Shown: one piece after another, positions 1-9,051 of the stretch
Numbering within the stretch: position 1 is the stretch's first letter
Layout of the letters: each line of letters begins with the position of its first letter
NCBI GenBank assembly: GCA_964472505.1
Contig: CAYYQW010000001.1
Span: forward strand, 30,701 to 94,700
Length of the DNA stretch: 64,000 bases
From: an uncultured Bacteroidaceae bacterium
GTDB lineage: Bacteria > Bacteroidota > Bacteroidia > Bacteroidales > JAADGE01
Reading direction: 5' to 3'
Notes under the pieces: model-generated
Databases searched by the model: none
The model's input: only the letters and a program-made list of their open reading frames with translations
What the model was told of the DNA's origin: nothing
Position numbers and translations under genes: made by a program

Positions 1-942
1 GCTAACGGGTACAAAAAGGTATTGGTTGTCGGCTACATTCAATAAAAAATTTAAGTTCCAATCTCGATTTATTCTGTAATCCACAAAGGATTGAAAATCA
101 ATAAAAGTCGGTTTATAATCGCCTTCGGTATCCAAGGTATTAAGAACAAATTTATTGGTTTTGTAACGCAAGCTGCTGATATGCGACAATTTTTTATCAA
201 AAGCCGTACCCTGCACAAAACCGGAAGCACCCAGAAAACTTGTGGAAAGCGCAGCTTTAAATTCCGAAGGCTTTTTATAGCGCACATCCAAAACCGATGA
301 CATTTTATCGCCGTATTTACTCTCAAATCCGCCGGCCGAAAATTTAACGGAAGAAACCATTAGGGGGTTTACAAAACTCAAGCCTTCCTGCTGTCCCGAG
401 CGTATGAGCTTAGGCCTGTAAATTTCAATTCCGTTTACATAAACTAAGTTTTCATCATAATTACCGCCTCTTACCGAATACTGAGAGCTTAATTCATTAC
501 GCGCTCCCACCACACCCGGTTGCGTTCTTAAAATATTCTCAACACTTTCGTTCATGGAAGGTATAACGGTGGAAATTTTCGGGTCGATCTTGATACTTCC
601 GGCAGCATTCAGTTTTTCTCCGTGCACGGTTACGGTTTGGATTTCGGAATCGGCAGTGAGTATGATCTCAGCGGCGGTATATCCGGAAAGTGAATCCAAA
701 GCAACCAAGCGTCCGATGTATCCCAAACGATTTACAGCCAAGGCATCATAGGTATATGGAAATGAAATTCTGAAAAATCCGGAAGCATCCGTTACAACAG
801 AAATTTTGCCGTCGGGTGTACTTACGTCGGCATCTTCGAGAGGCGTGCGATTTTCGGACAATATACGGCCTTGAATGTTGTGATTTTGTCCGTAAGCGAA
901 TCCGGACAGAAAAAGGAAAATAAAAAACAGTTTGAAATTCAT
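1..942 (-). CDS. TonB-dependent receptor, N-terminal part (signal peptide, CarboxypepD_reg-like domain, plug); runs off the window start
   Basis: Not in the ORF track. Manual translation from ATG at 942 is open to base 1: MNFKLFFIFLFLSGFAYGQ...NELSSQYSVRGGNYDENLVYVNGIEIYRP...FSAGGFESKYGDKMSSVLD, a typical Bacteroidota TBDR plug. Confidence 0.85.
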   Translation of the reverse strand, partial: MNFKLFFIFLFLSGFAYGQNHNIQGRILSENRTPLEDADVSTPDGKISVVTDASGFFRISFPYTYDALAVNRLGYIGRLVALDSLSGYTAAEIILTADSEIQTVTVHGEKLNAAGSIKIDPKISTVIPSMNESVENILRTQPGVVGARNELSSQYSVRGGNYDENLVYVNGIEIYRPKLIRSGQQEGLSFVNPLMVSSVKFSAGGFESKYGDKMSSVLDVRYKKPSEFKAALSTSFLGASGFVQGTAFDKKLSHISSLRYKTNKFVLNTLDTEGDYKPTFIDFQSFVDYRINRDWNLNFLLNVADNQYLFVPVS

Positions 943-1101
943 TATTAATACAGTTTGAAAAAGTCCGTTAAATACAATTGTAATCCGAAGAAAATTCTGC
1001 ACGGCAAAACCACTTCGGTAAATTTTACGCAAAACTATTGAAACTACAATAAAAACTTATTATTTTGCGGTCTATTGTATTAAACTGATAAAAAAAATAA
1101 A

Positions 1102-1512
1102 ATGATTCGTCAAAAAGAAATTGTTTTACGAGCAAAAAGCCGGGGTTTTCACCTTATAGATTCTGAAATCATAGCACAAATACCGGAATTACCCGAAAGC
1201 GGGATACTGCATCTGTTCATCAAGCATACATCGGCAGGCCTGATGCTTAATGAAAATGCAGATCCTTCGGTACGTTCGGATTTTGAACAGATTATGAACC
1301 GGCTGATTCCCGAAAATGAGCCCTACTATACCCACACAGCCGAAGGCAGCGATGATATGCCTTCGCACGTAAAATCGGCCTTAACCGGGAGTAGCCTGAG
1401 CATACCCATAAGTCGGGGACAATTAAATTTAGGTACTTGGCAAGGGATATATTTATGTGAATTCAGAAACAATGGCGGCAGACGAAAAATTACAGTTACA
1501 ATTTACTCATAA
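1102..1512 (+). CDS. yjbQ: YjbQ/UPF0047 family protein (secondary thiamine-phosphate synthase-like)
   Basis: HTSAGL..NENADPSVR, EGSDDMPSHVKS and LGTWQGIYLCE motifs. Confidence 0.9.
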   Translation: MIRQKEIVLRAKSRGFHLIDSEIIAQIPELPESGILHLFIKHTSAGLMLNENADPSVRSDFEQIMNRLIPENEPYYTHTAEGSDDMPSHVKSALTGSSLSIPISRGQLNLGTWQGIYLCEFRNNGGRRKITVTIYS

Positions 1513-1622
1513 AAAACTGTCAAAAAAATAAAAATATCAAAAAAAAAATCCGTATATTAGAGCTATAAAAATTTATGCACGGTTTTTGCTTATAAATTTA
1601 AAAAAAATTAAAACCTAAAGGT

Positions 1623-2465
1623 ATGACTAAAAAAAATGACATCATTTTGATACCGACAGACTTTTCAGAAGTGTGTGATAATGCTATTGAGCACGGTGCG
1701 CAATTGGCAGAAAGCCTTAATTTTCGGGTTTTTTTATTGCACGTTATCAATAAAGATACCAACAAATACCTGAAAAACGAGGAACTCAATCGTGAATCTA
1801 TTTCCGAGAAGTTAGAAGCCATAAGTAAGGAGTACGAGAAAAAATATAATGCTCAGGTAGAATACCTGATTAAAAGCGGAAATCTGTTTGAGAAAATCGA
1901 AGATGTTTCCGACAAACTTTCTCCGCGGCTTATTATTTTAGGAACACACGGAAAAGTGGGTTTTCAAAAAATTACCGGAAGTTATGTGCTCAAAATTGTA
2001 ACAGTTACAAGCGTGCCGACCATTATTGTTCAAAAGCGCTCATTCAAAGGCGGATACAAGGATATTGTCTTCCCTATTACATCGCAAACACAAGACCGCC
2101 AAAAACTTAACTGGGCCATACAAATTGCACAAATATTCGGTTCAACCGTTCATCTGATACCCAAATTTGAGTCGGAAAAATTCTATAAGAATCGAATAAT
2201 GGCCGTTACCAAGCAAATTAAAATGCTTTTGGATGAATACGGTATTGAGTTCGTAGATAAAGTATCGGAGCCCGGGGCGGGTAATTTTGCCAAACAAGTG
2301 ATTGATTATGCGGTAGAGAATGAAGCCGAACTGATTATGACACTTGTAAATAAAGACAAAAGCTTTTTCTTCAGCTCTTGGGATGAACAGATAATCTATA
2401 ACTCATCACAAATACCGGTAATTTGTATTAATCCCATATCGACCAAGAAAACTTCGTGGCGATAA
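1623..2465 (+). CDS. Universal stress protein with tandem USP domains
   Basis: ILIPTDFS start, LIILGTHGK..KITGS..LKIV..VPTIIV, and a second degenerate USP domain ending IPVICINP. Confidence 0.85.
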   Translation: MTKKNDIILIPTDFSEVCDNAIEHGAQLAESLNFRVFLLHVINKDTNKYLKNEELNRESISEKLEAISKEYEKKYNAQVEYLIKSGNLFEKIEDVSDKLSPRLIILGTHGKVGFQKITGSYVLKIVTVTSVPTIIVQKRSFKGGYKDIVFPITSQTQDRQKLNWAIQIAQIFGSTVHLIPKFESEKFYKNRIMAVTKQIKMLLDEYGIEFVDKVSEPGAGNFAKQVIDYAVENEAELIMTLVNKDKSFFFSSWDEQIIYNSSQIPVICINPISTKKTSWR

Positions 2466-2487
2466 AATAAAAAAAAAGAATCGGTGG

Positions 2488-2520
2488 AAATCCTTCCCGC
2501 TAAGCCGGAAGGATTTTTTT
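2488..2520. terminator. Intrinsic terminator between the convergent USP and M16 genes
   Basis: Stem AAATCCTTCC/GGAAGGATTT followed by a T-run. Confidence 0.7.
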
Positions 2521-3820
2521 ATATAGCTTTTGTATCGGCACAAATCACTTCATACATACTGTCTTCGTGTAAATACTTTTGAGCAGTTTGGCGGATTTCT
2601 TCCGGTGTAATTGTTTTCAATCGTTCGATATATTTCATAAACCAAGATTCATCCAAACCGTAAAAGTAAACCGATTTAAATGAACGAGCCGTAGCATCGG
2701 TACCGTCGAAATTCTCAAGTAATGAACCTAAAAGATAATGTTTAACAATGGTCAGTTCTTCGTCCGAAACAAGCTCTTTTCGGAGTTTCCGGAGTTCTTT
2801 CCGAATTTCTTCCACTGCTGCATTAACTGACTTATGCTGTGTTTCGGCCGAAATCAGAAAATAACCCGAAGCAAACAAAGACCCGAGCGAAGAGTATATT
2901 CCGTAGGTATAACCTTTATCTTCACGGATATTAGCCATTAGGCGTGAACCAAAATACCCACCCAAAAGCACATTTACAATACTTAAGTTGATATAATCGG
3001 GATGCGTTTTATTAATGGTTGCTTTTCCTATTCTGAGCGAGGCCTGAACGGCATCTTTTTTATGAACCCGGTGTTGCTTTTGATTAGCCGGTGCTAAATC
3101 CGCATTTGTAAATGAAAAGCCGTCAAGATCCTCAAGCTCAAAAGGCTGCAAATGCTTATCCAATATTTTTTTAATGGAAACATCGGGCCGGCCGGAGAAT
3201 AAGAAAAGTGCTTCTTGCGGCCGATAATATTCTTTATGAAATCGGTGCAAGTCTTCCGGCTGCATTTTATGATAATCTTCCGCTTTTACGGAAATACCGT
3301 AAGGATGTTTTTCTCCGAAAATCACTTCCCAAAAACGGTCGGAAGCTAATTTATCGGTATTTTCTCGTCGTATCAAATAATTTTGATACTGATGCTGACG
3401 CACTATGTTTAATTCATTCTCCGAAAATTTTGGTCGGGTCATCATCTCAACCAAAAGTTCCATGACTTCTCCAAAATGTTTCTTTAGGCTATGTACCGTA
3501 ATCGAGGCCGTATGTTTTCCTACATTCAGATTTAAGTTAGCAGCTAAAAAATCCAATTTTTCGGCCAACTCTTTAGACGTATGCCTTTCGGTTCCTTCGT
3601 CTAACATGGCATTTGTGATATCGGGCAAAATAGGATTTTGGTCTTTAACAGTTCCGGCATTAAAAATTGCTTCAAATCTTACCAAATCAGGTAAACCCTG
3701 ATTAATAATATGAACCGCCTTTTCGTTTGATAAAATGTACTTTTTTGCTTTTGCAATATTTACCGTTTCCGGTATTATAATTTTTGGAGCCTGTGTTCGG
3801 TCTGTTATCGTTTGGGACAT
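2519..3820 (-). CDS. M16 (pitrilysin/insulinase) family peptidase, non-catalytic-type subunit
   Basis: ITNAMLDEGT replaces HxxEH; NVLLGGYFGSRLMANIREDKGYTYGIYS motif. Confidence 0.85.
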   Translation of the reverse strand: MSQTITDRTQAPKIIIPETVNIAKAKKYILSNEKAVHIINQGLPDLVRFEAIFNAGTVKDQNPILPDITNAMLDEGTERHTSKELAEKLDFLAANLNLNVGKHTASITVHSLKKHFGEVMELLVEMMTRPKFSENELNIVRQHQYQNYLIRRENTDKLASDRFWEVIFGEKHPYGISVKAEDYHKMQPEDLHRFHKEYYRPQEALFLFSGRPDVSIKKILDKHLQPFELEDLDGFSFTNADLAPANQKQHRVHKKDAVQASLRIGKATINKTHPDYINLSIVNVLLGGYFGSRLMANIREDKGYTYGIYSSLGSLFASGYFLISAETQHKSVNAAVEEIRKELRKLRKELVSDEELTIVKHYLLGSLLENFDGTDATARSFKSVYFYGLDESWFMKYIERLKTITPEEIRQTAQKYLHEDSMYEVICADTKAI

Positions 3821-3852
3821 ATAATTATTTCAATCATTAAATGGTGAGCTTG

Positions 3853-3860
3853 CAAATGTA
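3853..3860 (-). promoter_or_regulatory. Bacteroidota sigma-A -7 element for the M16 gene
   Basis: TACATTTG on the minus strand matches TAnnTTTG, 33 nt above the ATG. Confidence 0.55.
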
Positions 3861-3921
3861 TAATTTTTTTAAACAAGAAAGCCAAATGCTTTTGTAAGAA
3901 ATAGCAAATAAAAGAAAAAAG

Positions 3922-6090
3922 CTAAATTCGTTCGGCTCGATTAACACCTTTTATATTGGTAATTTTCTTTACCATGGATTCAAGCATCTTTTTATTGCTG
4001 ATATAAAGTTCAATAATGCCGGTGAATACAGCACCTGCCGATTCAATTTCAAGCTTACGCATATTGGTATCCAATTCTCCGTAGATAATATCAATAATAT
4101 CGGAAAGGACACCTTGTCGGTCGTGTCCGGTTATTCTAATATTCACCGGCACAAAGGCTTCTTCGGATAATTCCCATATAACTGCCCGGGTTTGTTTTCC
4201 GTCAGCGGCATTTAGTTTTTTTGCATTCTCGCACTCCCGCTGATGAATGACCAATCCGTTACCGTTTTTTATAAAAAGCATGGCCGAATCACCGGGTATG
4301 GGCCGGCAGCAAGTTGCCATGGATATTTCTTCAATGCTGCGTACAATAAAAGGTTCTTTTGCACCGGGAACTTTTATACCCGGAACTTTATATTTTGAAT
4401 ATATATTGGTGAAAGAAGAAAAATATTTACGAATCCCGCTTTTCCCTTTGATATAATTTTCAATGTCTTTCGTGAATATATATTCTTTCCCTATTTTATA
4501 ATAAAAATCTTCAAGGTCTTCAGCACCGTAATGTCTGATGACATCTTCCATAAGCTCATCGTTGATGATATACGAATTAAAAGCTTTTTCGAAAATTTTC
4601 TTACCTTCGCTTACCTTATCGGAATGGGTTTTGGAAAAATAGCTTTTTAGCTGAGCTCGATTGCCTGCGCTTCTAAGGTAATCGGCCCACTCCAATTTTG
4701 GTTTCACACTCTCGGAATCAATAATTTTAACCATATCGCCGTTTTGAAGACGATAATCAATATTAACAGGATTTCGGTTTACTTCGGCCGATAAAAAATG
4801 TAATCCCAATTCCGAGTGAATTTTAAAAGCAAAATCAAGAACCGTGGAGCCTTTGGCCAGTGTAACCACATCGCCTTTGGGTGTGAGCATGTGAATTTCG
4901 GTATTTTGGGCTTGCGCCAAATCGAGTATCTCTTGATTGGTTAAGTCGTTATCCTGCATCATTTTTTCGGTGGCATTTACCCAGCTTTCAATATTTTTTA
5001 CATGCAGGTTGGCATGATTTTTAGCGTAACCGCGTTGAGCAATTTCGTGCATGGCACGCGTCATTATTTGCATTTCTTTCCAGTTTCCGTCATACACAAT
5101 ATCAAAAACCAATGCCTGAAAACCGTTAAGCCTCGGATTACTTATCCAGTCCCGCAAACTGTCGGGACGCACACGAAACTTAGATGAAACTTTACAATAG
5201 ACCGAAAAGCATTGCTCCATAATATCTTTGTCTGAATCTGCCTTAAAAACGATACGTTCCGACTGGAAATTCTTAACTTGGTCAAAAGATAATTTTTTCT
5301 TTTTCATATCAGACCGTAAGCGATACAAAGATTTACGAACCGGCTCTACTTCAAAATCGATATTTGCCGGCTCCATTACTTCCTTGAGTTTTTGCGAAAT
5401 ATGGGAACTTACTTTTTCTAATCTTTTTGAATTTTGCTTGACAATTTTCTCAATTGCTGCGTATTCTTCAGGTTCTCTCAAGCGAAAACTAATGTCCTCA
5501 ATTTCATTTCTGATATTAAACAAACCCAACTGAAATGCCAAAGGCGCATAGACGGAAAGTGCCTCGCCGGTTTTTATGACTTTGCTGTTAATGCGCATCT
5601 TATCCATTGTGCGCAAATTATGTAAACGATCGGCTATTTTAACAAAAGCCACGCGTTTATCTTCCGACATTTTCAAAATCAGTTTTTGAAAAGTAGCCGC
5701 CTGTTCGGTTCTGTTTGGGTTATATACATTTGTAATTTTTGTCATTCCGTCCACGATAAGCGCTATTTCGTCGCCAAACATTGAGCGGATAGTTTCTACC
5801 GTAAAAGAAGTGTCTTCCACAACATCATGCAATAAGGCTGCCGCAACGGTTGTAGAGCCAAAGCCCATTTCGCAGGCTACAATTTTGGCCACCGCAATGG
5901 GATGCGAAATATAAGGCAATTTCAAACCGGTTTTTCGTAACTGTCCTTTATGTGCCTGCTCGGCAAAATGAAAGGCTTTCTCCACTTTTTCGGCAGACAG
6001 GGGCTTCTGCAGTCGCGGTGCTGATTTTATTAAATCATGAAACCTCGACTGAATGATTTTATCCTTTTCTTCCTTTGTCAGCTCTTTCAT
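3922..6090 (-). CDS. Long RelA/SpoT homolog (HD-SYNTH-TGS-ZFD-RRM) with intact hydrolase and degenerate synthetase
   Basis: PYISHPIAVA, LLHDVVED, KIADRLHN; TGS (TPKG...STVLDFAFKIHS); TCCRPIPGD; RRM (DRQGVLSDI). ATG at 6090 preferred over TTG at 6099. Confidence 0.9.
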   Translation of the reverse strand: MKELTKEEKDKIIQSRFHDLIKSAPRLQKPLSAEKVEKAFHFAEQAHKGQLRKTGLKLPYISHPIAVAKIVACEMGFGSTTVAAALLHDVVEDTSFTVETIRSMFGDEIALIVDGMTKITNVYNPNRTEQAATFQKLILKMSEDKRVAFVKIADRLHNLRTMDKMRINSKVIKTGEALSVYAPLAFQLGLFNIRNEIEDISFRLREPEEYAAIEKIVKQNSKRLEKVSSHISQKLKEVMEPANIDFEVEPVRKSLYRLRSDMKKKKLSFDQVKNFQSERIVFKADSDKDIMEQCFSVYCKVSSKFRVRPDSLRDWISNPRLNGFQALVFDIVYDGNWKEMQIMTRAMHEIAQRGYAKNHANLHVKNIESWVNATEKMMQDNDLTNQEILDLAQAQNTEIHMLTPKGDVVTLAKGSTVLDFAFKIHSELGLHFLSAEVNRNPVNIDYRLQNGDMVKIIDSESVKPKLEWADYLRSAGNRAQLKSYFSKTHSDKVSEGKKIFEKAFNSYIINDELMEDVIRHYGAEDLEDFYYKIGKEYIFTKDIENYIKGKSGIRKYFSSFTNIYSKYKVPGIKVPGAKEPFIVRSIEEISMATCCRPIPGDSAMLFIKNGNGLVIHQRECENAKKLNAADGKQTRAVIWELSEEAFVPVNIRITGHDRQGVLSDIIDIIYGELDTNMRKLEIESAGAVFTGIIELYISNKKMLESMVKKITNIKGVNRAERI

Positions 6091-6108
6091 TATTGTCAAT
6101 TATTATTC

Positions 6109-6134
6109 AAAAAAAAATCCGCCTTTGGGCGAAT
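6109..6134 (-). terminator. Terminator-like hairpin 19 nt upstream of the RSH start
   Basis: Minus strand reads ATTCGCC-CAAA-GGCGGAT followed by T9. Confidence 0.5.
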
Positions 6135-6417
6135 GCTTATAGTTTAAAAGAATTTTTAAATATACGAAAAAAATCCTTAATAAACACACATTCTATAACA
6201 TACCGTCCGTTTGTAAACTGTCATTATCTTATATTTGTTTCGCTTAAAATACTGCAAAAAACTTACCGTAAATAGTTCTATAATCTATTTTTACGAAAAA
6301 AAGTTTAATACTGTTTCACAAAAACCTACTTTTTTCTTTTGTTAATAGAAAATATTGCACAAAACGCTTAAGCTGTTATTCAATATAGCGATTATTTTAA
6401 ATCCGTATTAAAACCGG

Positions 6418-6491
6418 CTCACATTTCTATGCAAAACCCTGCGGCCAATTCCGTGCGGTAAAAACACCACGCGGGCGCAGAACTCACATTT
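6418..6491. repeat. GC-rich stem-loop flanked by CTCACATTT direct repeats
   Basis: CTCACATTT at 6418-6426 and 6483-6491; inner CTGCG.../...CGCAG and GGT/ACC pairing. Confidence 0.45.
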
Positions 6492-6581
6492 TAAGACAAA
6501 GCATATTAGACCGTTACGCATGCTTAGTTATTACCGACTTGGGCAAGCTCAGTCTTAGAAAAGACCGTGTTTCAACAGCCC

Positions 6582-8075
6582 TCAATAAACCACCGTTACA
6601 TAATCCTTTTCGGTGCGCTGTTTACCGGATGCATCGGTATATCGAATGTAATAAATGTAAGTACCGCGCGGAACGATTGTTCCGTCTGAGAAAGTCGCTT
6701 TCCATCCGGTTTGCGGATCGGAACTTTCAAAAATAATATATCCGTCCGGGTGGTATATTGTCATTTTATAATCGGAAAGATAAGCCGCAAAAGGTTTAAA
6801 TACATTATCTTGCTCATAATTGCTTTTTGGATTCAAAGCATTGTATTTCATCAATTTAGCTTCATGAAATATGCTGCTTACGTTTGAAATATACCGTGTA
6901 TTTTGCCGCCAAGCTTCAAAGCGGTAATAAAAAAAACCCTGAGGCAATTCACCGTACAATTGCCCGCGAAGATTTTGGCTTCTGTCATCTTCATATACAG
7001 TTCCTATCCCTTCGTCAATCATTTCAAAAGGCGCATCATTGAAACGTCTGTAAATTATGAACTCATTCAAATACGTCCGGCCTATAACGCGTATTGTATT
7101 GTGATGTCTTTGTTTGCTTTCTCGAGCTTCTATCAGCAATTCGGTATATTCACGGGAACGTCCGACTTCAACCGGGCAAGTATCCAATGCAATCAGCCGA
7201 AAATCCCTCGGATTACTGTCGGAATAACGCGGAGTCCTTATTTCATATTCAAAAGCTCCGTCAGCTGAGATATACTCCAAGCTGTCCGGCTTTGAATCGT
7301 CGGATTTCTCTGCCAACAGCACAAAGCTTTCAACGGCATCGATTTTAGCAATGGAAAATTTTATTATCGTACTGCCGGCTTGTTCATTGGATATTTCGGT
7401 GATTTGAATACTGTCCGGAAATTCGGGTGCATCGCTGTTCAAGTCAATTATATTAGAACGCGATACAAAACCTGCAGCATTTTCAGCCTGTATATAATAT
7501 TGATAATTGATATTAAACTGAGAAATCTGCTCATAAGCCAAGGTGTCGCCGAAAGCATGTTCACTCACAATCCGGAAATCATCATTATCGGCACTTTCAA
7601 AAACCGCATAGCTTATTAAATCCTCTTTCCACGCAGTGTAGTTCGTCCACTCCAAACGGTTGGATCGTTGGCAGTAATCAAAAGCTCCGGAAAGAAAAAC
7701 GGTAGCATGTGGTTCGCTCATCGGGCTTAAGAAGCGTTCATCGCCGACGCTGTCGTAGGCTGCTATGCGATAAATCTCCGATCTTTGGCCGGGAAGGGCT
7801 TCTCCGTAAACCGTTGTAGAGTCAATAAATTCAACAGCATAAGGGTCTTCAATAATTTCCACGGTATTATAGCCGTATGTATTCTGAAAATCATAAATAA
7901 ATCGTTTGATGAGATAGCCGTCAATATTCTGTGGATTATCATGCGACCAGCGAATCTGCGGCTTTTGAAATTCAGGATGTACACTCACAAAATCAATGCG
8001 CGGGCTTTCCGGATTTTGAGCATAAACCGATAACGGAATGAATAACAAAACAATTAAAAAGCGAAACAAAGGCAT
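6582..8075 (-). CDS. Secreted beta-sandwich protein with a divergent gliding-motility/T9SS type B C-terminal domain
   Basis: Signal peptide; C-terminus NALNP..DNVFKP..YKMTIY..G..IFES.D...GW..G..VPRGTYIY resembles CHU_C/type B CTD. Confidence 0.7.
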   Translation of the reverse strand: MPLFRFLIVLLFIPLSVYAQNPESPRIDFVSVHPEFQKPQIRWSHDNPQNIDGYLIKRFIYDFQNTYGYNTVEIIEDPYAVEFIDSTTVYGEALPGQRSEIYRIAAYDSVGDERFLSPMSEPHATVFLSGAFDYCQRSNRLEWTNYTAWKEDLISYAVFESADNDDFRIVSEHAFGDTLAYEQISQFNINYQYYIQAENAAGFVSRSNIIDLNSDAPEFPDSIQITEISNEQAGSTIIKFSIAKIDAVESFVLLAEKSDDSKPDSLEYISADGAFEYEIRTPRYSDSNPRDFRLIALDTCPVEVGRSREYTELLIEARESKQRHHNTIRVIGRTYLNEFIIYRRFNDAPFEMIDEGIGTVYEDDRSQNLRGQLYGELPQGFFYYRFEAWRQNTRYISNVSSIFHEAKLMKYNALNPKSNYEQDNVFKPFAAYLSDYKMTIYHPDGYIIFESSDPQTGWKATFSDGTIVPRGTYIYYIRYTDASGKQRTEKDYVTVVY

Positions 8076-8155
8076 AAATTAAGTTTTAAAAAGACATCAT
8101 ACTGTTCCTAAAAAACGGCAGTTCCTCAAAGAAATTACTTTTTTTAAAATAAAAA

Positions 8156-8177
8156 AAAGCGCAGTAAACTGCGCTTT
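8156..8177 (-). terminator. Terminator downstream of siaC-1
   Basis: AAAGCGCAGT-AA-ACTGCGCTTT with an A-run on the left (T-run on the minus strand). Confidence 0.7.
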
Positions 8178-8219
8178 AAATATGATTCTCTCAAATTCTG
8201 TGGGGTATGTAAAAATCGT

Positions 8220-8603
8220 TTAATCGTCGGTGTAGGGTAAAAATTCAAATTTAACATCTACCATTTCGGAATAGTCTTCTCCGGATTCCTGCATATCTTC
8301 ATCATCTTCAAGATAATGCCAGCGAACCAATACATCATTCCCGTCATTGGCCAATTCTTCCAATCGCTGCATAAGCATCATCAAAATTTTTGATGTTGCC
8401 GTATTATAATAAGACAATTTAAAATCAAAAACCGTTTTATCCAATGGGCTTTCGGCATATTCATCAAACCAGTCAAAAACAGGTTGATAAAACTCCAAAG
8501 GATCTTCCGGACAAGCTCTTCCGGTCATTTCAAGCTTGCCGCTTTCTTTATCTAAAACTATACCGGGTATGTAGCCGGATGGTTGCATGTTTACTACTTC
8601 CAT
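8220..8603 (-). CDS. siaC: SiaC family regulatory phosphoprotein (DUF1987), copy 1
   Basis: G...PEDPLEFYQPVFDW, KLSYYNTATSK, WHYLEDDEDMQESGEDY. Confidence 0.88.
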   Translation of the reverse strand: MEVVNMQPSGYIPGIVLDKESGKLEMTGRACPEDPLEFYQPVFDWFDEYAESPLDKTVFDFKLSYYNTATSKILMMLMQRLEELANDGNDVLVRWHYLEDDEDMQESGEDYSEMVDVKFEFLPYTDD

Positions 8604-9012
8604 AATCTGTGGCTTTAAAAAATTAAGCTGAGCACAAAAATAGAAATTTTTGTCGAATTATAAAGCGAAAAGTCCGATTAATTAGAAAAAAAATGCAACC
8701 GGCGCATTATGAAATGTTTAACAAAGTAAAAAAAGCATGTCTTTGACAGTATAAGTATTAAGATGTAAGACAATTTTGTAATCGGGTTGCAAAGCTTTAT
8801 AAATGATGCCTTTTGGCGAAAACGTAAAAACAAAAGAGCATAATAATTTTAATGATTACCCGTAGTACTGATGCGCCTAATTCAATATTTATAAAAAGTA
8901 TTTACACAATCGTTGATACCGCGCATAGCTGTTTTGCTTCTACTTTAGATGCAGTATGTGAGCTGTTTACAAAAATATTGAATCTCAAAAGCAATTAGCA
9001 ATTTAAAAAAAT

Positions 9013-9020
9013 TAGCTTTG
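9013..9020 (+). promoter_or_regulatory. -7 promoter element for the MFS gene
   Basis: TAGCTTTG, 31 nt above the ATG at 9052. Confidence 0.55.
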
Positions 9021-9051
9021 CAAAAATTTTGTCCGGAAGAGCACAGTAAAA

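Noticed and set aside
6427-6482. GCAAAACCCTGCGGCC resembling a c-di-GMP-I riboswitch
   Set aside because: The upstream GGCAAA..GNRA P2 stem and GGGAC junction are absent.
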